Shown here: one piece after another, positions 1-7,824 of the stretch
How positions within the stretch are numbered: the stretch's first letter is position 1
Layout of the letters: each line of letters begins with the position of its first letter
Assembly: GCA_020435415.1 (NCBI GenBank)
Contig: JAGQZQ010000004.1
Coordinates: 6,234-70,233, forward strand
From: Flavobacteriales bacterium
GTDB lineage: Bacteria; Bacteroidota; Bacteroidia; JACJYZ01
DNA length: 64,000 nt
Direction: 5' to 3'
The notes under the pieces: model-generated
Databases searched by the model: none
Seen by the model: only the letters and a program-made list of their open reading frames with translations
What the model was told of the DNA's origin: nothing
Made by a program: the position numbers and the translations under genes

Positions 1-17
1 AAACCAACGGTCATTTA

Positions 18-1265
18 TTGATTGTGCATCAGATTGACAACATACGGCGAAAATTGACCAGGCCAGATTCTGTTGCAGGCCTGGATGTCAAGATTCTGGA
101 CGACGGAAAGATGCTGATAAGCGGGGTGGTGCTGTCGCGAAAGAAAGAATCCGTGACGCATGACAGGTCGTTCTCCGGCATTACATCCATCGAAGAACTC
201 AAACAACATGTATCACCCGGTTTGCCGGTGAGTATATGTCTTCATGGAAAGGGCATCATGCACAAGAAGGTTACGGCATTCGAGGGAGACTATGTTGATC
301 TGCTGCCCCAGATCTTACCCAACGCCAGACTAAAAGATCTGCTGGTGCAAATTCAACCCGGTGAAAGAACAGCACCATGTGTATCCGCCACACGGAAAGA
401 TCAGCTTGAAAAATGGCTGCACATATTTTCGGAGGCCGGATTGGATGTGGTGAATGTGACACTGGGGCCGTTGCTGATGGATCATGTACTTCCTTTGTTG
501 ACGGTGAAAGAGGAGGAGATGCACGTGGGTGATTTTCACTTATGGATCGGTAAGGAGGGATTGGAAAAGTTCAATGTCAATGGTACTTCTCCAACAGAGG
601 ATGTGGCTGTTGAGATTGATCAAAAGAGCTGGAAAGCGTCTGAGTTGATTGGGTTCTCCCAGGCTTTTGTCAGTCTGGCCGGTATTGATCCGGCACCGGC
701 ATCCGATGATGAGCTGATGAAGCGGGGGAAGGTGGAATATGAACAGAAGGTGCTGTTCAGGAAATCGGGATGGATGCTGTTAATTTTCTTCTTCACCATG
801 TTGCTCGCCAATTTTCTGATGTATGGTCATTATGAAAAAGAGAACCAGCGATTGGAGGAGGAAATATCCATCAACGGCAGAAAGGTAGATCAGGTCAATG
901 AAATGCAGGCCTTACTGGATGAGCAGGAACATTTCCTGTCAAACGCGGGATGGAATGCTTCCGCTCAGGCATCGTACTTTGTCAACCGGGTGGCATCTTC
1001 GGTTCCCGAGAAGGTTCAATTGACCATGTTGCATGTATATCCTCCCAGGAAAAGTGAGGTGGCTTCCGCTACCAAGGCGGATGTTCAGTTTGACGGACAA
1101 CACATGGTTATTTCAGGAGCAACCACGAACAGCCTTATTCTTAACGATTGGATCAAGGTTGTCAAATCCGTGGAGGGAATTACCGATGTGAAGATCACGG
1201 ATTACCATCAGAAGAGCAATGAAAGTATTGGTTACTTTGAACTGGAGGCAACGCTGGGCAAATGA
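18..1265 (+). CDS. GspL / PilM-PilN-fusion-like inner-membrane assembly protein. It is probably 5'-truncated by the window edge: the reading frame is open back to nt 3 and the TTG at 18 is only the first possible start.
   Basis: The N-terminal segment GLDVKILDDGKMLISGVVLSRKK resembles the actin-like fold of PilM/GspL cytoplasmic domains. A single central TM helix (GWMLLIFFFTMLLANFLMYG) is followed by a coiled-coil periplasmic region. It lies in an operon with pseudopilins and GspF. Confidence 0.45.
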   Translation: MIVHQIDNIRRKLTRPDSVAGLDVKILDDGKMLISGVVLSRKKESVTHDRSFSGITSIEELKQHVSPGLPVSICLHGKGIMHKKVTAFEGDYVDLLPQILPNARLKDLLVQIQPGERTAPCVSATRKDQLEKWLHIFSEAGLDVVNVTLGPLLMDHVLPLLTVKEEEMHVGDFHLWIGKEGLEKFNVNGTSPTEDVAVEIDQKSWKASELIGFSQAFVSLAGIDPAPASDDELMKRGKVEYEQKVLFRKSGWMLLIFFFTMLLANFLMYGHYEKENQRLEEEISINGRKVDQVNEMQALLDEQEHFLSNAGWNASAQASYFVNRVASSVPEKVQLTMLHVYPPRKSEVASATKADVQFDGQHMVISGATTNSLILNDWIKVVKSVEGITDVKITDYHQKSNESIGYFELEATLGK

Positions 1266-1792
1266 ACAGAAAAACCTCATATAAACGTAAGCTTCAACTT
1301 CTGTGGATAGGTGCTGCAGCATTTGCGGTTCTGGCATATTTCCTTGCCGTGCGCAATACCGTGAACCTGGCGTCTGAGGTAAGGGAAGCGGAACAAATGA
1401 TTGAGCAGGCAAGGAATGCACCCCGTAAACTGGAGGTGTTGGAAAGTCGCTTGTCCTGTTTGAATCAGCAGATGGGAAAATATGCTTCCGGTGTGAATCA
1501 GGATCAGATCCTGGCATCGGTGGCCACTTTTTGTGCAGACCATAACCTGATCCTGGCTTCATTCCCAGCGGGTACGGAAACAGTTCGTGGTGATCTGAAT
1601 ATGATCACTTATAAGGTGACTGTTCAGGGGAAGTTCAATGATTTAATGCAACTGGCTTATATGCTGGAAAAGGATGGCAGCAAAGGACATGTATCTTCTC
1701 TTCAGTTTCAGGTGGTGGAAGACGTGCGTTCCAAGAGAAGCTACCTGATGGCATCCATATATCTTCAAAATATTGTAAAACATGTATCGTAA
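1262..1792 (+). CDS. PilO/GspM-like bitopic membrane protein
   Basis: 176 aa. It has an N-terminal TM helix (LQLLWIGAAAFAVLAYFLAV) followed by a coiled coil. It overlaps the upstream gene by 4 nt, which suggests translational coupling. The call rests on position in the pilus/T2SS-like operon. Confidence 0.4.
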   Translation: MNRKTSYKRKLQLLWIGAAAFAVLAYFLAVRNTVNLASEVREAEQMIEQARNAPRKLEVLESRLSCLNQQMGKYASGVNQDQILASVATFCADHNLILASFPAGTETVRGDLNMITYKVTVQGKFNDLMQLAYMLEKDGSKGHVSSLQFQVVEDVRSKRSYLMASIYLQNIVKHVS

Positions 1793-2738
1793 CAAATTGC
1801 TTCTGCTTCTGATCCTGGTGCCGGGTATGTTCGTGATAAAAGCATGCAAGGATTTCTTTGAAGAGGACATCACCAATAAGCAGGTGAAGATCATTGCGCC
1901 TACCGATAAACTTAAATCCAAAAACCGGGAGAATCTCTTTTTATGGGAAGAGGTCAAAGGCGCACTGTCGTATCATTTGCAGGTTGTGCATCCCAGTTTT
2001 GACAGCATCGTTGAGTTTGCAGTGGATTCACTAATTCAGGCGGATCGAGTTACCCTTGTGCTGAACCAGGGACGGGAATATCAATGGAGACTGAGAGCAG
2101 AGAACGGTTCGTCATATACCCCCTATGTTTACAGAACGCTGACCATCGATTCTACGAACGATATAAGTACCCAAATTGTGAAGTTGCTTTCGCCTGATGA
2201 TAAGTATATTTCTGATACCACCACCCTGGAATTTTCCTGGCGTAGTATTGCTGGTGCCAATACATACACGATTGAGTTTGCAAAACCGGATTTCAGCAAA
2301 CCGCAGAATGTTCAGAACAGCTACAATACAACGGATACCACATTTGTATACACCTTCAAATCCGATGGCGCTCATTCATGGCGGGTTCTGGGAAGAAATG
2401 ATACTTATAACTCGGGCTATTCCGTGCGTACGTTAACGATTGATACTACGCCGCCGGTTGCTCCGACACTCACTTACCCGCCCAACAATGCGGTATTGGA
2501 TTCCTTTCCCGTTCAGTTGTCGTGGAGCCATGCGGCGGATGTGGCATTAGACTACCTCTCGGTTTACCACCCGGATGGCAATACATTGTTGCCCGGATAC
2601 CCCAAGGTATTGACACAGCCGAATTACGTTTTTAGTCATTCATCGGTTGATTCGGTTTATTACTGGCAGGTGCAGTCTGAAGATGCCTCAGGTCACCTGA
2701 GTAAAAGCAGCCTGAAAAGAATATTTACGGTCAAATGA
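1782..2738 (+). CDS. Lipoprotein built from three tandem beta-sandwich-like repeats of about 95 aa each
   Basis: It has a signal peptide plus a lipobox-like Cys (FVIKAC). Three internal repeats each end in RTLTID / RIFTVK and contain W..E / Y.W motifs that recall FN3 or Ig-like domains. Confidence 0.55.
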   Translation: MYRNKLLLLLILVPGMFVIKACKDFFEEDITNKQVKIIAPTDKLKSKNRENLFLWEEVKGALSYHLQVVHPSFDSIVEFAVDSLIQADRVTLVLNQGREYQWRLRAENGSSYTPYVYRTLTIDSTNDISTQIVKLLSPDDKYISDTTTLEFSWRSIAGANTYTIEFAKPDFSKPQNVQNSYNTTDTTFVYTFKSDGAHSWRVLGRNDTYNSGYSVRTLTIDTTPPVAPTLTYPPNNAVLDSFPVQLSWSHAADVALDYLSVYHPDGNTLLPGYPKVLTQPNYVFSHSSVDSVYYWQVQSEDASGHLSKSSLKRIFTVK

Positions 2739-3226
2739 AAAAGAAGACCAACGTCTATATACTTCTGGTAGCTGCCGCTGTGGTCTGGGGCCTGGTCATT
2801 TACCGCCTTGTCGACGGATGGGGTGGACAGGAAACATATGCCGTTGTTCCTGCTGTCATGAAGGAAGTGCCATGTGATCTCGAGAACAACAGTTTTGCAT
2901 TGCTGGAGTTACCATCGGATCCGTTTCTGGAACGTTCGGTCATCAGGAACAACGTGCGAACCTATCGGCCGGTCAGCAGCCAGTCTTCGGCTCCTGTCAA
3001 GCCCAAGGCAAAGCCTGAACCGAAACCGCCGTTGCGATGGCCTGATGTCAAGTTCAGTGGCGTTGTGAAAGGAGCAGGCAAGGAGGTAGCGATACTTTCG
3101 GTGGACAATAAGAATTTCCTTTTGGCGGAAGGTGAGGAAGCGGTTCAGGTGAAGGTGGTGAAGCTGTACTCCGATTCCGTGCAACTGAAATATGAAGGAG
3201 AAAAGAAGACCATTCTAAGAAAATAA
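2735..3226 (+). CDS. GspC/PilP-like protein (N-terminal TM anchor, C-terminal HR-like beta domain)
   Basis: It has an N-terminal TM helix and a Pro/Lys-rich linker. The C-terminus (FSGVVKGAGKEVAILSVDNKNFLLAEGEEAVQVKVVKLYSDSVQLKYEG) resembles the GspC HR / PilP domain. Confidence 0.4.
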   Translation: MKKKTNVYILLVAAAVVWGLVIYRLVDGWGGQETYAVVPAVMKEVPCDLENNSFALLELPSDPFLERSVIRNNVRTYRPVSSQSSAPVKPKAKPEPKPPLRWPDVKFSGVVKGAGKEVAILSVDNKNFLLAEGEEAVQVKVVKLYSDSVQLKYEGEKKTILRK

Positions 3227-3229
3227 TAT

Positions 3230-4093
3230 ATGATGATGAAATTTGTTTCGTCAGTTTCGTTTTGTAAGATCTCCCTGTTGAGCCTGGTTGTCACCAGTAT
3301 GGCATTGACAACCCGTGCACAATCGCCTAATTATACCAAGACAAACGGTGAGGTGGCGGTGATTGATAGCGGCTATCCAGCCAAAGCCAGCGTATATCTG
3401 TTGAAGAAGAAAAAGGTCAGGGCCAGGGAAAGCCGCACCTATGCATGGCACCGATCCTATGAGATTCATCGCACGGTTGGCGGTGTGGACGGACAGGTTC
3501 TCAATGGCTGGTATACACAATACCACAAAGATCATGACTTGAGGAAAAGAGGGAAGTACAGATTCGGTTTGAAGGTAGGGAAGTGGATGCAGTGGGATGA
3601 GAACGGACATGTTCGTCAGATTGTGAACTACCGGCAGGGAAAAGCCCATGGAGCCTTTCGTTATTACAATGAAAAAAATGAATTGCAGAAGAGCGGAAAA
3701 CATTGTGAAGGGAAGGTACATGGCCGGTTAAGAGAATATGATGGTGATTCGGCAAAGGTCTTCTATTACAAAAAAGGAAACCTCCGGGAATATCAGGCCC
3801 CGGGTGCAGTCAGGGTCTGGCGATCTTCCGGAGATGCGATCAAATCATGGACATCTCCAAAATCCGATAAAGAAAAAAGAACAAAAGTGGACAAGGAGAA
3901 AAGTCAGAAGAAAGATAGAGAGAAGGTGGATAAAGTGGATAGGGAGAATAAGAAGCGCAAAGAAGATGACGGGAAGAAAAAGAAATCGCCGCCTGAGAAT
4001 CTGAAGGATCAAAAGACGCAGGAGAAGGATAAGTCAACCGACAAGCAGAAGCCTAAGGAGAAAAAGACACCATCCGGGAAAAAGAAGGAGTGA
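3230..4093 (+). CDS. Secreted MORN-repeat (YwqK-like) protein with an extremely Lys/Glu-rich C-terminal tail
   Basis: It has a signal peptide. Repeated G.W..YH..G.L..KG.Y..G.K.G.W motifs point to MORN repeats. The C-terminal ~85 aa are almost entirely K/E/D/R and are encoded by a polypurine tract. Confidence 0.6.
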   Translation: MMMKFVSSVSFCKISLLSLVVTSMALTTRAQSPNYTKTNGEVAVIDSGYPAKASVYLLKKKKVRARESRTYAWHRSYEIHRTVGGVDGQVLNGWYTQYHKDHDLRKRGKYRFGLKVGKWMQWDENGHVRQIVNYRQGKAHGAFRYYNEKNELQKSGKHCEGKVHGRLREYDGDSAKVFYYKKGNLREYQAPGAVRVWRSSGDAIKSWTSPKSDKEKRTKVDKEKSQKKDREKVDKVDRENKKRKEDDGKKKKSPPENLKDQKTQEKDKSTDKQKPKEKKTPSGKKKE

Positions 4094-4103
4094 GGAGCGC
4101 CCT

Positions 4104-5348
4104 ATGCTAAAAGCGTCTTCCCTCATATATGCACTGGCTGTGGCACTTCTGATTGCAGCACTCTCATCATCCTTTATCCTTTTATCGTACCTGTTCAATG
4201 TGCAGACCCTCCGGATGGATGAACGTGCACGGGAATCCCGCAATACATTGTCGGGCCTTTACCTGATGTTGGGTGAGGATGCGCCCGGACAGCAGGCAAC
4301 AGAGGTGGATTTGTATGGTGATGGCAGCGACAACATTTCTGTCCGGCGTTATCCGTGGGGGGTGTTTGAGGTTGCAGTAGCGCAGACACTCACCAGGAAT
4401 GTTGCAGAACGTGCAGTCCTCATGGGAAGAAAGCCCGGACCGGATAGTGATTATGCGCTGTACCTGAGCGACCGGAACCGGGCCTTGTCGGTTTGCGGGA
4501 AAACGTTGGTCAGGGGGAAAGCATACCTTCCCGAGGCCATGGTGAAACGAGCCTATATTGAAGGAAAGAGCTTCGATGGTCAACGGTTGATTGATGGGGT
4601 AACTTCCAAAAGTGATAAGGCCGTTAAGCCACCGGATACAGATGCGCTAGGTGAACTGGACCGTCAGATGACCGAGCGATTTTCGACGGAAGATAGCCTT
4701 TACATTTTTGCTGATAATCAACCTATATTAAACATGCATCAGTCATTCACGGCACCTCCCCGTGTCATTACAGGAACAAGCATCGTGGTAGGTGATGTGG
4801 ATTTGCTGGGGCACATCGTCATACAGGCAGACCGTAAGATATCGGTGTTAAGATCCGCACATTTGAAGCAGGTGTTGTTGATTGCGCCCATCATTGAAAT
4901 AGAATCCGGATTCAACGGTAGCTTACAGGCATTGGCAACCGAAGATATCATTGTGGGCGAAGATTGTCAGCTGGCATACCCGAGCGCACTGGTGCTGAGG
5001 TCACAAAAAACCGGAAAAGAATCATCTGAAGTCCGTATGGAAAAAAATGCGTCCGTGGGCGGTGTGATTTTTGTTATGCCCCGGGAACGCAACAGCCGGA
5101 CGTTGGTTGTTTTGGGAGAGGAAACCACTTTGACGGGACAGGTTTATGTGCAGGGAAATGCACAGGTTCAGGGTACGATTCATGGAAATCTCACCGTGGA
5201 TGAACTTATCCTGAAAACCCCTTCCTCAGTTTATCAGAACCATTTGCTGGATGCGGTAATTGACCGGGAATCACTTTCGGATTTTTATGTTGGCGCCGCA
5301 CTGTGGCCGGATGCTGCAGAAAAAAAATGGGTGCAATGGCTGGAATAA
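4104..5348 (+). CDS. Hypothetical pilus/T2SS-associated protein with an N-terminal pilin-like hydrophobic helix (possibly a GspK-like minor pseudopilin)
   Basis: The N-terminus is SLIYALAVALLIAALSSSFILLSYLF and the rest of the 414 aa is predicted periplasmic. The call rests on its position directly upstream of the pseudopilin genes. Confidence 0.35.
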   Translation: MLKASSLIYALAVALLIAALSSSFILLSYLFNVQTLRMDERARESRNTLSGLYLMLGEDAPGQQATEVDLYGDGSDNISVRRYPWGVFEVAVAQTLTRNVAERAVLMGRKPGPDSDYALYLSDRNRALSVCGKTLVRGKAYLPEAMVKRAYIEGKSFDGQRLIDGVTSKSDKAVKPPDTDALGELDRQMTERFSTEDSLYIFADNQPILNMHQSFTAPPRVITGTSIVVGDVDLLGHIVIQADRKISVLRSAHLKQVLLIAPIIEIESGFNGSLQALATEDIIVGEDCQLAYPSALVLRSQKTGKESSEVRMEKNASVGGVIFVMPRERNSRTLVVLGEETTLTGQVYVQGNAQVQGTIHGNLTVDELILKTPSSVYQNHLLDAVIDRESLSDFYVGAALWPDAAEKKWVQWLE

Positions 5349-5689
5349 GAGTTCATAAATTGAGTGCATCCACATTGCTGGAGACATTGATTGCTATGGT
5401 GATCGTAATGGGAACGTTCGGAGTGGGTATGATGATTTATACAAACGTGGTGCAGCGGGGTCAGAATGCCTCTGTTGTAAAAGCCCATGTGATGGTCAAG
5501 GATGCTGCTGCGGATGCATTGATGCACAAACGTTTCCTGGATGAGTCATGGAATGCGGACGGCTTGATGATCCGGAAAACGATCCGGGAAAGTCGCTGGA
5601 CAGGTGTGAAAGTTCTCGAGGTGAGTGCACTGGATGAAAGCCAGAAATCATTGGCAACTTATAAGGTATTGATCCATGCGAACCGCTGA
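5336..5689 (+). CDS. Pseudopilin (prepilin-type N-terminal domain protein)
   Basis: The N-terminus is KLSA|STLLETLIAMVIVMG: a hydrophobic helix with Glu at +5, but Ala rather than Gly at -1. ATG candidates lie at 5327 and 5336. It overlaps the upstream gene. Confidence 0.55.
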   Translation: MAGIRVHKLSASTLLETLIAMVIVMGTFGVGMMIYTNVVQRGQNASVVKAHVMVKDAAADALMHKRFLDESWNADGLMIRKTIRESRWTGVKVLEVSALDESQKSLATYKVLIHANR

Positions 5690-6188
5690 CAGGCTGCAGT
5701 CCTTTACCCTGATCGAACTGGTGGTGGTGATGATCATCACCGGCATTGTGGTTGCCACGGCGGCTACGGCACTTCGCATTACAGGCGAACGATTAGCCCA
5801 TTTGAAAGACAGCCGGGAGAAATGGCTGGAGGTATACCGGCTTGAAGGTGCCGTGCAGGGAGATGCGGACCGGTCCCTGGAGGTGCTGAGCGAGGTGGAT
5901 GGAGTCAGGTTAAAGCGAATGGTTGGTCCTGATATCGTATATCATATTCTAGCCAACGGGGTGGTTCGTGAAACCGGTCAGGTTACGGATACCTTTTATG
6001 TTGATATTTCAGAAAGAGAATCATACTATAATGGCAACACCATAACAACGAATGTATCGCCTATTGATGAGTGGAAATGGGAAGCGCAAATCGGCGAGAC
6101 GCCGGTATCATTTCGTTTTTATAAGATATATGCGGCAGACGAGAAAATGCGGCACGAAGCGATTCTGAATCACACACCCGGCAGATAA
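5676..6188 (+). CDS. Type IV pilin / T2SS pseudopilin
   Basis: It has a classic prepilin N-terminal motif, RLQS|FTLIELVVVMIITGIV, with Phe at +1 and Glu at +5; Ser at -1 is atypical. Confidence 0.65.
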   Translation: MRTADRLQSFTLIELVVVMIITGIVVATAATALRITGERLAHLKDSREKWLEVYRLEGAVQGDADRSLEVLSEVDGVRLKRMVGPDIVYHILANGVVRETGQVTDTFYVDISERESYYNGNTITTNVSPIDEWKWEAQIGETPVSFRFYKIYAADEKMRHEAILNHTPGR

Positions 6189-6197
6189 GCATGATCC

Positions 6198-7355
6198 ATG
6201 GCCATTGACCTGAAACAATACAAGGCATCAACTGTTAAGTCTGATAAGCGCACAACCGGAACAGCCGGATCGAAAGGCTTTATGGATTTCCTTAATAGGG
6301 ACATACAGCTCTTTGGAAGCGCGTTACCGGATAAGGATAAGGAAGCGTTTTATCATGAACTCGAGATTCTGATGGGTGCGGGTGTGGACATCAAATCGTG
6401 TTTGGATCATATTGAAAAAGAACAGAAGAAGAAAAAGGATCAGGTGCTGTTTGCCGATATCCGTGGTCGTGTGTTGAACGGGGAGACCCTTTCCGAAGCG
6501 ATCCGGAAGACAGGGAAGTTTTCACCCTATGAATATTACAGCTTGCAAATCGGTGAGGAATCAGGGAAGTTGCTGGAAGTGTTCCGCGAACTGGCGGGAT
6601 ATTTCAATGCAAGGATTCGGCAACGCAGACAGGTGATCAACGCTTTGTCATATCCCGCCATTGTCATGACGGTCGCCTTCGGTGCCATCTATTTTATGAT
6701 GCAGTTTATGGTACCCATGTTTGCGGATGTCTTTAAACGGTTCGGCGGTGATCTTCCACCCATAACCAAAATGATCGTTGACCTTTCCGCTTTTGTCCGT
6801 GCGTGGGGTGGCTGGCTGATGGTCGGCCTCGTGGGTTTGCTTATTGCAGGTTATTCACAACGAAAGAAGGATGGTTTTCGGAAAGTGCTATCGATGGTGG
6901 TGCTGCGTTTTCCTGTGGCGGGTCTGTTGGTTAAGAAAATATATGCGGCCAGGTTTTGCAGATCCATGGCCTTGCTGATGAGTGCCAATGTTCCGATGCT
7001 TCAGGCATTGGAGTTGGTGCGCAACATGATCGGTTATTATCCTATGGAAAAGAGCCTGGATCAAATCGGGAAGGAAGTGATGGAGGGAGGAACATTGCAT
7101 GAAGGCCTGGGTGCACATGACATTTTCCCTTCCAGATTAACAGCACTTGTTAAAGTAGCCGAGGAAGTGAATCAACTGGATGTCATATTCGAACAACTCG
7201 CGAAACAGTATGGGGAAGAGGTGGAATACCAGACGGGACTGCTTGGTAGTTTTGTGGAACCGCTGATGATCATCTTCCTCGGCCTTGTTGTGGGTGTTAT
7301 TCTCATTGCCATGTACCTGCCATTGTTCCAGCTCAGCACCGGCGTGATGCAATAG
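6198..7355 (+). CDS. gspF: Type II secretion system / type IV pilus platform protein GspF/PilC family
   Basis: 385 aa. It shows two GspF-type repeats and three TM segments (LSYPAIVMTVAFGAIYFMMQFMVPMFADVF, and a C-terminal EPLMIIFLGLVVGVILIAMYLPLFQL). This is a typical T2SS_F architecture. Confidence 0.75.
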   Translation: MAIDLKQYKASTVKSDKRTTGTAGSKGFMDFLNRDIQLFGSALPDKDKEAFYHELEILMGAGVDIKSCLDHIEKEQKKKKDQVLFADIRGRVLNGETLSEAIRKTGKFSPYEYYSLQIGEESGKLLEVFRELAGYFNARIRQRRQVINALSYPAIVMTVAFGAIYFMMQFMVPMFADVFKRFGGDLPPITKMIVDLSAFVRAWGGWLMVGLVGLLIAGYSQRKKDGFRKVLSMVVLRFPVAGLLVKKIYAARFCRSMALLMSANVPMLQALELVRNMIGYYPMEKSLDQIGKEVMEGGTLHEGLGAHDIFPSRLTALVKVAEEVNQLDVIFEQLAKQYGEEVEYQTGLLGSFVEPLMIIFLGLVVGVILIAMYLPLFQLSTGVMQ

Positions 7356-7369
7356 CAAATATTTCTGAA

Positions 7370-7400
7370 GGCCGGAGGGTCCTCCTGCTTTTCTCTTTAT
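7370..7400 (+). terminator. Weak hairpin plus T-rich tract downstream of gspF
   Basis: ggaggGTCcctcc stem followed by tgcttttctcttt. Confidence 0.25.
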
Positions 7401-7824
7401 CCATGCTATGTTCGGAAGAGATTCTCTGCTGGATTACCATGTGACATGTCTTTTTGGGAAACGCATTCCATAAGCAGGAATAATTAAGTATTAATACGTA
7501 TTTATTTTTTATTTGAGTATTGGTGTTAAATGGTACATGATAAAATGTTAATATTTTAATACGGCTTATGATTATTATAAATAAACGATGTTTCAGGTGG
7601 TGACTTCAATAATTCAGATGGCGAATTGATACAAAAGTTGGTTAGAATAAATTGAAATCATATAATTGCACCCTGAGAATTTGGTGCGTCATTTTATTCG
7701 CGGAACTGACATTGATGGCAGTCAGTGTGTGGTCAGAAAATCCATCTTGCTCTACTTTAGATAATATTACAATGCCGCATGGTTATTTGGGCGGGCAGGA
7801 ATCTATCACAGTATTTATAAATTC

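Noticed and set aside
18-20. TTG at 18 as the true start of the first CDS
   Set aside because: The frame is open to the window edge and a PilM-like N-terminus may extend upstream, so this is treated as a probable 5'-partial gene.
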